DNA from: Centroscyllium fabricii
Taxonomy: Eukaryota
Direction of reading: 5' to 3'
Length of the DNA stretch: 64,000 bases
NCBI GenBank assembly: GCA_051313645.2
Contig: JBNRSN020000019.1
Location: 20,646,001 to 20,710,000 of the forward strand
Part shown: one piece after another, positions 1-10,873 of the stretch
How positions within the stretch are numbered: position 1 is the first letter of the stretch
Layout of the letters: every line of letters begins with the position of its first letter
The notes under the pieces: model-generated
Seen by the model: only the letters and a program-made list of their open reading frames with translations
Databases searched by the model: none
Told to the model about the DNA's origin: nothing
Translations under genes and position numbers: made by a program

Positions 1-341
1 GCATGTTTTCGTAAAAAAAGTCCTTGGCTGGAGTTCCCCAATCCTGTGGCAGCTTTTTTTCTTTACTGGAATTCGTTCCAGTTATCGAGGTCACCACTGT
101 TGTGCCGCAGGCCTTTAGAAACTACACGGAGCCAGAGCTAAGAGAAAACACGTCTTTACTGAACAGAGTTAAACAAGGAAGAGGCAGAACTACTGAGTAC
201 AAACATATTCAAACCGTCCCGCCGTTGGTGACGTCATCACGTCCGCCGACGTGGTGACGTAGTCGCATCACCCGGATGAGCGGGCTGTGCTCCGCGGAGC
301 CCCGTCGGCGGATTCGATCTCCCAGCGGGTGTGCCGCCACA
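1..341 (-). mobile_element. 5' LTR (about 98-341) and PBS of an LTR retrotransposon whose internal region runs off the left window edge
   Basis: TG...CA-bounded segment 98-341. On the minus strand it is followed by TGGTGACCTCG (tRNA-type PBS, 86-96) and an ATG near position 5. Confidence 0.55.
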
Positions 342-518
342 CTACTGGGTTTTTTATCTGGTTTTTCGCCTCTCCCGGGTGATCACATGTGTTTGGGTGG
401 GATGGAAAGTTAAAATAAAATTGAGGTTGGGATCAGATCAGCCATGATCTTGTTGAATGGCGGAGCAGGCTCGAGGGGCCGATTGGCCTACTCCTGCTCC
501 TATTTCTTATGTTCTTAG
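342..518 (+). mobile_element. CR1/HER1-type LINE 3' tail fragment
   Basis: Ends in gatcagccatgatc...gaatggcggagcaggctcgaggggccga...ttcttatgttctta, the tail shared with many SINE/LINE copies in this window. Confidence 0.7.
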
Positions 519-519
519 T

Positions 520-3500
520 GGGACTGGTATTTGTGGGGTATTTCCCATTCTGTCTCGTGTCCATCTCTGGACCACTCAGGTCCCTTGTTTTGTGATCTGT
601 CTGTGAGTTTTCCCTCAACTTTTCCTCTTCTCCCCCTTCTTGAGGGCAAAATGTCTCATTTGTTTTCAGAAGGTGCCTCCTGTTCCTGCGGTACACCTCT
701 CCTATCTCAGTTATAACATTGTAGGATCTGGGAGCAACCTGCTGCAAGACTGTGGCCTTCTTTGACCATGACTCTGGTCCTTGAATCTGAACCATATCCC
801 TTTCCTGTAATGGTGCTAATCTTGTAGCAGTCCTGTCATGGTACGTCTTTTGATTTAATTGCAGCCTTCTGGCCTTGTCCGCCCACCCATCATTTCTTTG
901 GTCTGGTGCAGCGTAGCAAGGTATTCTTGTTCTTATTATCCTGCCCATTAAAAGCTCAGCTGGCGACTTGCCACTTGCCAATGGTGCCGCCCTGTATGAC
1001 ATTATTGCCAGATACGGATCTGCATTACTGCTTTCTGCTTTTTTCCGTCTTTTGACTATTTGCACCCCCTTTTCAGCCTTTCCATTCACCTGGGGATAGT
1101 GTGAGCTAGAAGTTATATGTTTGAATTCGTATTCGGAGGCAAATGCCCGGAATTCCTGGCTGGCATATGGGGTCCATTATCTGATACCAGAGTCAAAGGG
1201 ATGCCCTGTCTGGGGAAAAAAAATATTTCAAATGTGTGATCACGCCTCTTGACGTGGTGCTAGACAACAGGGCTATCTCTGGGTAATTTGAATAGTAATC
1301 GATGACTAACAAATAGTCCTTTCCCCCAAAATGGAACATATCTGTTCCCACCTTTTCCCAAGGGTGGTTTGGAATTTCTGTGGTGATGAGGGGCTCCTTA
1401 GTCTGTTTGTATTGATTGGCACGTGGCACACTCACTTACTAATTGATCAATGTCCGCATTCATATTCGGCCAGTACAGTGCCTCTCGTGCCCGCCTTTTG
1501 GATTTTTCTGCCCCCAGGTGCCCTTCGTGTATCCTCCCTAGCATCTCTGGTCTCATGGAGGTGGGTACCACTATTCTGTCCCCCTTGAGTAGGATTCTGT
1601 TTACTACGGATAGTTCCCCTTGTATCGGATAGTATTGCTTGCAGGACCCTCTTTTCCAGCCCTCCTGCAGGTTTTTCATTACTTTTTTTAGTACTGGAGC
1701 CTTTGCTGTTTCACTTGTTATCACTGCCAACTGTTGAGATGAAGCAGGCAGTGCTGCATAGACCATGTCTACGTGGAGATTCACATCCTCCTTGGTGTCA
1801 CTATTTTGCATGCCACATGGTGCAGCTCTTGACAGTGCATCCGCAATGTATATTTGTGTCCCTGGCACATATGTTGGATCAAAATCATAACGCTGAAGTC
1901 TCATCATCAAGCGTTGTATTCTTGGTGACATGTCACATAACTTTTTCTTTATAATTCCTAACAGTGGCTTATGGTCTGTTTCCAGTATAAATTTTGGTAG
2001 TCCATCGGCATATGTGTGGAATTTTTCGCACCCAAATGCCAAACCCAGACATTCTTTTTCAATCTGTGCATACCTGCACTCTGTGGCCATCATAGAACGT
2101 GACACATATGCCATCGGCCTCCATTCTCCATAGTCTTCTTGTAGTAGGACCGCCCCGAGCCCATTCTTGGGTGCACTGGTCGACACTTTGGTCCTTTTTT
2201 TTTGGACAAATTTTTATTTAATAGGGGTTCACTTGCTAAGATCTGTAATAGCCCCTTCCATTCCTGCTTTTGTTCGTGTCCCCATTGGAACTTCTTGATG
2301 CAGCAGCTTTCTCAGGTGCTCAGTTTTTGTGGCTAGATTCGAGATAAATTTCCCTGGATAGTTCACCATGCCAAGGGCCCTCTGCACCCTTTTTTGTCTT
2401 CAGGCTTTTCCATGTCCTGAATTGCTTTAATCTTAGTCTTGTCTGCCTGTACCCTCTCTGTGGAGATCTTGTCTCCCAGAAAAGTTATCTCCTTTACTCT
2501 AAATTGACATTCATCTTTATTTAATTTAAGTCCGTATTGCTGTATCCTCTGGAGCGTTTTTTCCAGCCTGCTGTCGTGCTCCTTCTGTGTGGAGCCCCAT
2601 ACCACCAGGTCATCCACATAGACCAGCACCCCTTCCAAGCCCTCTATAATTGTCTCCACCGCTCTGTGGAATATTTCTGGGGCTAAGCTTATGCCAAATG
2701 GCAGACGCTGGTATGAGTATCTACCAAACGGGGTGTTAAATGTACACAGCTTGGCACTTTCCACGTCCAATTTCAGTTGCCAAAATCCATGGGAGGCATC
2801 CATTTTTGAAAAGAATTTTGCCTCCGTCATCTCACTCACTATTTCTTCTCTTTTGGGAATTTGATAGTGTTCCCGCTTTATATTGGCGTTAAGGTCCTTG
2901 GGGTCCATGCATACCCTCAATTTATCATTGGTTTTTAAGTTGATGCAGACCATTGAATTCACCCAATCTGATGGCTGCTCAGTTTTTTTTATAACAGCCA
3001 GTCCTTCCATTCGATCCAGCTCTTTCCTCAGCTTTTTGCGGAGGGCCACTGGCACTCTCCAGGGTGCATGTATAACTGGTTGTGCATCGTCCCTTAATTT
3101 AATAGAGTCTGTGAAGGGCAGCGCTCCAAACCCTTGAAATACATCCGCGTATCTCTGCATTATATTGTCTGAATTCATGTCCGAATTCTCTCGTAGGTCA
3201 TTTCGTGTTTCATTTTCTCCATTGACTGTGTAAACTCTTTTTACTAGACCTAATTCCATGCAGGCCTTATCTCCTAATAGTCATTTGTGCCCTTCTGGCT
3301 CTATAACAAAAGTGAGGAAGTGCCTACGCTGTTTTACTATCAGCCTCAATCTGCACATTCCTGTTCTCTCGATGCTTTGGCCATTGTAGGCCTTTAAGGA
3401 TACAGTCCTGTTTATCATCTTAGGTTTCACTTTGAGTTTTTTTACATCACCGCAATTTATCAAGTTCGCTTTTGCCCCCGTATCCAGCTTAAAGGGGATT

Positions 3501-4708
3501 ATCATTCCATTTACTTGCAGGGGAGCTATCGAGGCCTCCTTGTTCGGCCCTCTGGGCTGTGCGTCTTGCTGCATCATTCCCACATACCATGATTGAGCTC
3601 CCACTTCTGCAGTCTCTACTTTCACCTCTTTGTGAAAATGTGCTTTTGGGAGAAGTGATTTCTGCCTTTGCCTTTCGTGCAGCTCTTCCCAAATGCAGGA
3701 CACTGCCTGGCTCCATGTTTGTTTCCGCACCGTTTGCACTCGAATGCCGCCATTTTGTTGTACTCACTGGGTCCTCTGAAATCATACGCCGCCATTATGT
3801 TGTACTCACTGGGCCCTATAGGCTCTCGAGTCGTGTGACACCATTGTTATGTTCTGTGGGCCCTCGTGGCTCTCCAATTTCTTCGCTGTATTACATCCAC
3901 CAGAAGGCTCTGCAGCCCCGGGACGTTCCCCTTGAACGGTTTTGTTTGCATCGCTGAAAGCTCACTTGAATGGCACAGCTTTACTGCAGCATCCAATTTC
4001 AACTCGCTGTCTCTCAGCATTCTCTCTTAATTTCTTATCCAAAATTGCAAAGACTATTTGATCCCTTAACATCAATTTTTTTTTAATCTTGAAAATTGCA
4101 TGACTGTGCTTGATTTTTTTTTAATCGGCTAGGAAGACATCAAAGGACTCCCCTTGTTTTTGTGTTCTGGAGTGGAACACAAACTTTTAATAGGTCTCAT
4201 TCTTTTTTGGCGCCCAAAAAACTTCAATTTTTTTTAATAGCTTTGTCAAAGTCACTTTTTTCCTCCTCGGACTCAAAAGTAAAGGTATTGAACAGCTTGC
4301 TTGCCTGCAAGCCCGCAACAGTTAGTAATAGTGCAACTTTACATGATCCTGAGCTTGTGGCTGCCTCGATGGCTGTCAGGTATAGGAGAAATCTCTGCTT
4401 GAATACTCGCCAATTCTCGTCAATGTTGCCTTCTAGTTGAAGATTGGCTGGGGGTTTAATACCTTCCATCATTCGTCGTCAGTACGTTCGTGAGTTTGTA
4501 ATCCTGGTACCATGTAATGTTATTTAGAGATCAGATGGGAGGCCAACACTAAGTTTCAACGGAGCTTCTTTAATCATGTCTTATACTCTGCCACTCGAAG
4601 CCTCAACTGAAGCATGGCTAAGATGGCGTCGGCTGCTGCCACTCAGGCATGACGTCAGACGCAAGACAAGCCTGTACTGTCTTTACGCCAGTCACAGCTA
4701 TCCTTACA
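520..4708 (-). mobile_element. Degraded Ty3/Gypsy (Mag-like) LTR retrotransposon: 5' LTR 4513-4708, PBS, frameshifted gag-PR-RT-RH-INT
   Basis: LTR bounded by TGTAA...TTACA; minus-strand PBS TGGTACCAGG at 4503-4512. ORF fragments: gag (GNIDENWRVFKQRF), protease (FKLDTGA), RT (YVDD, RLPFG), RNase H (YAQIEKE, TDHKPL), integrase (IHEGHLG, VIDYYS, NGKAEK). Many frameshifts; no 3' LTR seen. Confidence 0.9.
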
Positions 4709-5295
4709 CGGGCCACTGTGTGTCGCTGCGCCACGCTCTGCAGCACCACGGTACTGCAGGCCTCCCTCCCCTTCTTAAAGGGGAGTGGCCTAGCGCGGCG
4801 TGGCCTGGAGCCCCGCCAGGGATCGGTGTGCCGGCAAAGGAGCCCGGCACTCGAGGGAAGTGCCGGGCTCACGGAGCACAGACAGAGCTCCGCGGGGGGC
4901 ATCGGGGACGGCAGAGGGGGCAGGCGCTGGCAGGTGGCCAGCAAGAACAATGGCCGCTCGGCACCCCCCCCTTTAAATAGCGCTGGCCCGGCTGCAACTG
5001 TGTGCCCCAGACCCTGTTGGAGCCAGCATTTGGCGCTAAGTCAGAGGGTGTGAGCGAGGCGCTGCGTACGGCAATGACATCATCGCCGGCGGCACAGCGC
5101 CACGGGGCGCTAACGACTGCCGCCAACGCTCTGCTGAATATCACGGGAGGCGCCTTGCGTCCCATTAGCAGTCCTCTTTGGGCGCTAACGGCTGGCGCAA
5201 GCCACCCAATTTCCCCCCCAGGTGCTGTTCCTGTTCCTCGAGTTTACGCCGAGCTTTCCCCAGCCCCTACAAGCTTTAAAATCTATCCCCCCTCC

Positions 5296-5396
5296 AGTTC
5301 TGACGAAAGGTCATCGACCTGAAACGTCAACTCTGTTTCTCTCTCCACCGATGCTGCCTGGCCTGCTGAGTTTCTCCAGCGTTTTCTCTTGTTATT
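5296..5396 (+). mobile_element. Penelope-like terminal-repeat fragment with a minimal hammerhead ribozyme motif (5296-5332)
   Basis: agtt-CTGACGA-a-AGGTC-atc-GACCT-GAAAC-GTC-aact: intact core, stem II and stem I. A related antisense fragment lies at about 55270-55350. Confidence 0.65.
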
Positions 5397-5399
5397 CCT

Positions 5400-5770
5400 G
5401 TCAATGTTGGCGGTTTTAAAGCGGGCGCTCAGCCCAGCCCCGGACAACGGGGAATCCAGCCTGTCGGCACAGCGCATGCGCAGCGTTCCCACGGTCGGCC
5501 CGAGCGCGGAGGCTGATCACGCGGCGGTTGCCATGGCGCCCGCTGACAACAGCTGGCTGAGGAGGCCCGGGGCTCGAGCGTCTCACCGGAAGCGGACAGT
5601 GAGGGCCCGCGGGGTGAGGAGTCGGTGAACGGGACAGTGAGGGCCCGCGGGGTGAGGACCAGGGACCGTGTGAGCGGGGACAGTGAGGGCCCGCAGGTAG
5701 GAGCCGGTGAGCGGGGACAGTGTAACCGGGGCGGCCCAGCTCGAGCTGGAGGTCGACAAATCCCGGGCTT
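5400..5770 (+). promoter_or_regulatory. CpG-island promoter / putative non-coding first exon of IQUB with NRF1 site (5472-5482) and RFX X-box (5527-5540)
   Basis: CpG-rich unique sequence containing GCGCATGCGCA and GTTGCCATGGCGCC. Candidate donors cag|gtagga (5696) and ccg|gtgagc (5706). The next exon has an acceptor just before its ATG. Confidence 0.6.
5593..5722 (+). repeat. Short GC-rich tandem repeat (ggacagtgagggcccgcggggtgagga, about 3.5 imperfect copies)
   Basis: Repeat units directly visible. Confidence 0.7.
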
Positions 5771-6139
5771 TTGTGGGTTGGGTCTGTGCCACATTCCCCC
5801 TGGCCTCGACCTCCAATCCTGTTTATCGCTTAATAAAAACATCAAACCTATTTGGATGTTTTTATTTATTCATTGGCTGTGGGTGTCTAGCAAGACCAGC
5901 ATTTATTGCCCATCCCCAATTGTCCACGAGAAGATGGTGAGCCAGTAATTTCATGGTCAGCATTACTGGCACTAGTTTTTTTTGAATTACAATTTCCCAG
6001 CTGCTATGGTGGGATTTGTACTTTATCCATTTAGATATTTAGTAATTTTACCTTTTAAAGATTCTAAAATGTATTAAAGCAAAGAGCTTATAAATTACCC
6101 AGATTAGCTCGGTCTCCCTTATGAAAATGGGTATCGCAT

Positions 6140-6528
6140 TTGCCAGTACTCCAGCACACATCCAATCTCAATAGAACTGGATACGAAATTGGCTATGGAA
6201 CAGAAAGCAGAGTGCAGTGGTGAACTGTTGTTTTTCCAGACTGGAGGAAAGTATTAAGACAACTACTCCTTTTGATATATATTGATGACCTGGACTTGGA
6301 TATACAGGGCATAATTTCAAAGTTTGCAGATGCCACAAAACTCAAATGTAGTAAACAGTGAAGAGGAGATTAACAGACTTCAGGAGGACATAGGCTGCCC
6401 AGCAGCCTGTTTGAATAAGCAATTTAACGCAGAGAAGTGTGAAGTGATGCATTTTGGTAGGATGAATGTGGAGAAGCAATAGAAACTAAATGGTACAATT
6501 TTAAAGGGGGATAAGGTGGGGTGGGTAC
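6140..6528 (+). mobile_element. Old CR1 LINE fragment, left half (interrupted by the LTR element)
   Basis: Decayed CR1 RT motifs (tcaaagtttgcagatg = SKFAD; aagtgtgaagtgatgcattttgg = KCEVMHFG). Continues at 9158. Confidence 0.75.
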
Positions 6529-7194
6529 TGTCGACTGCCCCAGCTATGCGAGGGTGTGGTCGACGAAGCACAACCAAAACAAAGCAGCCGGAGTCAGAAA
6601 TTCAACAGAAGAGACACTAATAACCACCAACTCTACATGCACTTCACAGGTTTCAGTCTTTTATGCATTTCACAGATTCCAATCTTCTATGCATTTCACA
6701 AGCTTCACTTCAAGAATCCCCTTTAAATTCTAGGTTTCTGGGCCAACTGGCCGCTTACCACCCAAGGAGTAAGAGAGGAGCCGCTAGTCCAGGGCAAGGT
6801 TCAACGTACTCTCTCCCTTTTGTCCTTGTGCTCTGTATATAAAGGCTGCCAGAGTGATTAGTATCAATTAGAGAATGCGGCCCACCTGGGCTCGCATTCC
6901 CCATGCTTCCTCTGGCTGTTTGGTAATCAGGTGGACGCCATTCAGGTGTGCTGCCCGAGAATGGAAAATCCCCACTCTGCCTCCGTGCCATGGCCACCCC
7001 CATGGTGCTGAACCCGTCGAGGAGATGGCTTGGAAGGTATTGGTCTTCGATTACCTGTCCCAGGGGTCTGCGTCGCTGATATGGTCGGCCATGACGGTTG
7101 CGGTGGGTTTCTAACTCGGTGGAGCACAGAGAGGGGATCGGGGCGCCACGTACCCCTTTCCTCAGCTCCAAACCGTTGCAAGGAGCGCTTGACC

Positions 7195-7588
7195 ACAGGC
7201 ATTCTTTAAAACTGCAGGGGTAGCAATCATGTTTTCTCTCGTGTATCTTGCGTTGATTCGTCTTAAACTTTATCTCACATCCCTCCTCCTGGCACATAAA
7301 AGCAGGCTCTTTAGTGTGCTGGTAATAGTGGATCCTTAAACCTGTACGCTTCTTGAAGGTCTTGTCACAATCTTCATAAGAACCCGTGAAGTATTCTTGG
7401 TTTCCAGGCCGATACTTCAGGTGCTTCTTCAAACGGTCATTGCTAACAAATGCTTCTGTGCAACCCACCTCTGTACATCTGAACCACTTCTGTCCCAAAT
7501 GCTGTTGTGTGTGTCTCTGCAGATGAGACTTTTGGGTGAAAGTCTTCTGACATTCCTGCCGCTCACATTTGTAAGGCTTCTGCCCCTC
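7195..7588 (-). pseudogene. 42sp43: Captured intronless fragment of p43 5S-RNA-binding protein (42Sp43; TFIIIA-family C2H2 zinc fingers)
   Basis: GQKPYKCERQEC...HLGQKWFRCTEVGC...KHLKYRPG...KTFKKR...HTKEPAFMCQEEGC...RKIHERKHDCYPCSFKEC: C-x4-C fingers and the short H-x-x-Y-x-C linker typical of TFIIIA/p43. Some zinc ligands are lost. TFIIIA (gtf3a) is not fully excluded. Confidence 0.7.
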
Positions 7589-7589
7589 G

Positions 7590-8202
7590 ATCTCCTGGAC
7601 CATTCTTAGAGTTGCCCAGAATTGCCTGAGGGTCGTCTTGCCCTGAACCAGGATCCTTGCAACCTGTGTTTTGAGCTTCCCTCATCCTTTTCAAGCTGTT
7701 CGTCATGCTGGACAATATCAAACACTTTGATTTCTGCTGCAGACCCAATGCCATCTTTGTTACTTCCAGAAGTTGTGTCGCTTTTCTTCCAGCTGTCTTG
7801 GTTGCGTTCACAGAGCTCCAGAGGTTTCTGTTCCAGACTGTCCAGCATCCTTCACGTCACCTGCTTGAGATTCAGAAACCTCTTGGAAAGATATCTTCTG
7901 TGGCTAGCAATGACTTTGTACCGACTCTCCTGACTGGCTGCCTGGCGAGATGCTCGTGCACAGAGTCGGATACGTTCGGCACTGGTCCCAGAGGGATAGA
8001 GGGCCAGCAAGGCCTCGTCTTTGGAGCTTGCTTCTCTCACGTGCTTCTGAACAGGGTCATCCTGAGCGCCGACGGTGGCGGCCAGTTTGAAGAGCGTCCG
8101 GAGAACATGTCCCGGGCGCTGCTCCCCGCCAACCCACGGCCGCTTGCAGGCCAGCAGCACGGCCTCGGCGGGCTCCTCGCCGTGCTTCCGCTTCACCCGC
8201 AG
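7590..8202 (-). pseudogene. SLC7A6OS: Captured intronless 5' fragment of SLC7A6OS (Iwr1 homologue), fused in frame to gag
   Basis: LRVKRKHGEEPAEAVLLACKR...LFKLAATVGAQDDPVQ...QESRYKVIASHR...VFDIVQ...DPQAILGNS..MVQE follows the recalled SLC7A6OS pattern (LRVKRKR..EPAEALVLACKR...FxLVATV..QEEPVQ...QEGRYRV...DPDVILCNS). Internal stop at 7852 and frameshifts. Confidence 0.82.
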
Positions 8203-9157
8203 TGCCGTCCTCTCAAATAGCTCAAGATACGATTTGACATCATCCTTGGGCATTAGCTTCGTCAGCACGTCGTGTGGGCTCCTTTTTTTCTCCCGGGCCT
8301 GTAATGTAGCACAAAGTTCAGCCACCGCTCTCTGCAGCATTACCTGGGCCTGCAGGAGAGTGGTGATTGGGTCCTTCATTGCTGGATCCATTTTGCTATT
8401 CAGGGTCCTTCATTGCTGGATCCATTTTATTATTCCTCCCCCGACTGTTCGTTTCTATCCTGCTTTGTCAACACACAATAGCGAGTTAGAAAGCCAGCAT
8501 TCTCCACCATATGTAGACTGCCCCAGCTATGTGAGGGTGTGGTCAACTGAGCACAACCGAAGCAGCTGGAGTCAGAAATTCAACAAAAGAAAAGAAACTT
8601 TAATAACCACCAACTCTACATGCACTTAATGGGTTTCAGTCTTTTATGCATTTCACAGATTCCAATCTTCTATAATATTCACAAGCTTCACTTCAAAAAT
8701 CCCCTTTAAATCCTAGGTTTCTGGGCCAGTGGCCGCTTACCGCCCAAGGAGAAGGAGAGGAGACTCTGGTCCGGGGAGAGGTTCGGCACCCTCTCTGTAG
8801 CGAGGTCCAACGTACTCTCTCTCTTTGTCCTTGTGCTCTGTATAAAAAGGCTGCCAGAGTGATTAGTGTCAACTCGGGAATGCGGCCCACCTGGGCTCGC
8901 ATTCCCCATGCTTCCTCTGGCTGTTTGGTAATCAGCTGACGCCATTAAGGTGTGCTGCCTGAGAACGGAAAATCCCCACTCTGCCTCTGTGCCACGGCCA
9001 ACCCCATGGTGCTGAACCTGTCGAGGAGATGGCTTGGAAGGTATTGGTCTTCGATTACCTGTCCCAGGGGTCTGTGTCACCGATATGGTCAGCCGTCGTG
9101 ATGGTTGCGGTGGGTTTCTAACTCGGTGGAGCACTGAGAGGGGATCGGAGCGCCACA

Positions 9158-9822
9158 GTACGTACACAAATCTTTGAAAGCGGCAGGATAAGTTGAGAAG
9201 GCTTATGGGATCCTTAGCTTTGTAAATAGAGCTATGGATTACAAAAGCAAGGACGTTATGCTAAACCATTGTAAATCACTGGTTCAGCCCCAACTGGAGT
9301 ATTGTGTCCAATTCTGGGCACCACAGTTTAGGAAGGCTGTCCAGATCTTAGAGAAGTTGTAGAGGAGATTTACTAGAATGGTACCAGAGATGCAGGACTT
9401 CAGTTACACAGAGAGATTACAGATGCTGGGGTTGTTCTCCTTAGAGCAGAGAAGGTTAAGGGGAGATTTAATAGAGGTGTTCAAAATTATGAAGGACTTT
9501 GATAGAGTAAATAAGGCCGAAGCAATTTCCAGTGGCAGAAAGGTCGGTAACCAGAAGACACAGATTTAAAATAATTGGCAAATGAACCAGAGGTGACACA
9601 AGATTTATTTCCCCTGCAGAGTGTTATGATCTGGAATGCACTACCTGAAAGCGGATTCAATAATAACTTTCAAAAGGGAGTGAATAAATACGCAGAGCAA
9701 TAATTTGCAGGGCTATGGGGAAAGGCCGGTGGGGGTGGGACTAATTGGATAGCCTTTTTGAAAGAGCTGACACGGGCACGATGGGCCAAATGGCGGCCTC
9801 CTGTGCTGTACCATTCTATCAT
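9158..9822 (+). mobile_element. Old CR1 LINE fragment, right half, with 3' tail
   Basis: LGLFSLEQRRLRGDLIEVFKIMK motif and CR1 3' UTR. Confidence 0.85.
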
Positions 9823-9966
9823 TCTGATATAGATAGATGCTGTATGGGAGCAGGGTTGTGAGAGCAAAAATGGGGGTTTCATGTTGCCTATCCTCCAAGC
9901 TGTGTTGCAGCTATAAAACTTAGCGACTAATTTTCTTAACCTTTGCCGCTTGGCAGTGCCCATTCA

Positions 9967-10328
9967 CAGAAACACAGAAGATAGGAGCAGGAGTAGGCCA
10001 TTCGGCCCTTCGAGCCTGCTCTGCCATTTTGGATGAGATCATGGCTGATCATCCAAACCCAGCACCCCCCTCCTACCCTCTCCCCATATCCCCCAACTCG
10101 AAGAACTATATCTCACACACATACCTATGGGCAATTTTTAGTATCTCCAATTCACCTAACCTGCCTGTCTTTGGGTGGTGGGAGGAAACCGGAGTACCCG
10201 TAGGAAACCCACACGAACACGGGGAGAACATGCAAACTCCACGCAGAGAGGTCCCGGGCCAAGCAGGATTCGAACCCAGGGGCTCCTTATTGCGAGGCAG
10301 CAGTGCTAACCACTGCGCCACTGTGCCA
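9967..10328 (-). mobile_element. HE1-type V-SINE (tRNA head, V core, CR1/HER1 tail)
   Basis: Pol III A/B boxes (tggcgcagtggttagcac; ggttcgaatcc), core gggtttcctacgggtactccggtttcctccca, and LINE-derived tail. Confidence 0.85.
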
Positions 10329-10873
10329 TTCCCTGGCACAAAGGTTAGAAATAAGAGGGGAAAGTCCATTAACAAGGACTTTCTGCCCCCTTTATCTTGC
10401 CCCATAATTTCCTGAGCTTCCCTGGGGGCATAGAGTTGAGCTTGTGCCTGCAGTAGGTGCAGGCCCAGCAGTGGCATGCGTATGAGGGAAGAGGGGACTT
10501 TCCTTGATTTGGTTTACTTGGACTTGTGGCCATGAGGCATCAAAACATAAGGGTTCCACCAAAAATAGCGTTGGGTTTGCAGCAGGAACCCCCTCCGATG
10601 GGAAGGCCTGGGGTGGATAGGCAGCTCAGCTAAAGAGGTGCCCCAAGTTATGTTTTCTCTACTATCCAAGCAGACCTTTGAGCCTTGGGGCACTCTGGCT
10701 GCTGTTGTCAAATTCCTGATTTCAGAGGTATCCTCCCTGCTTTTTAAAAAGTAAAGAGGAGACCAAGTTTCATTTAAGACTGAGATGAGGAGGAATTTCT
10801 TCACCAGGAGGGTTGTGAATCTTTGGAATTCTCTACCCCAAAGGGCTGTGAATGCTCAGTCTTTGAGCCTATT

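Larger units (their letters stand above)
6529..9157 (-). mobile_element. Non-autonomous Gmr1-like Gypsy LTR retrotransposon carrying captured host cDNA fragments
   Basis: Direct LTRs 8512-9157 (5') and 6529-7150 (3'); 4-bp TSD GTAC (6525-6528 / 9158-9161); tRNA-Ala-type PBS TGGTGGAGAATGCTGGC (8493-8509); PPT AGGAAAGGGGTA (7151-7162); gag N-terminus LTKLMPKDDVKSYLELFERTA; no pol. Confidence 0.92.

Noticed and set aside
98-341. Possible 3' LTR partner of the Gypsy at 520-4708
   Set aside because: Its sequence does not match the 4513-4708 LTR and it has its own PBS, so it belongs to a different element.
4576-5948. Many overlapping ORFs in the GC-rich region
   Set aside because: No recognisable protein motifs; expected from high GC content in a repeat plus CpG island.
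6755-7603. Functional host zinc-finger gene
   Set aside because: It is intronless, partial, lies between LTRs, has lost zinc ligands and reads into LTR sequence; treated as a captured fragment.
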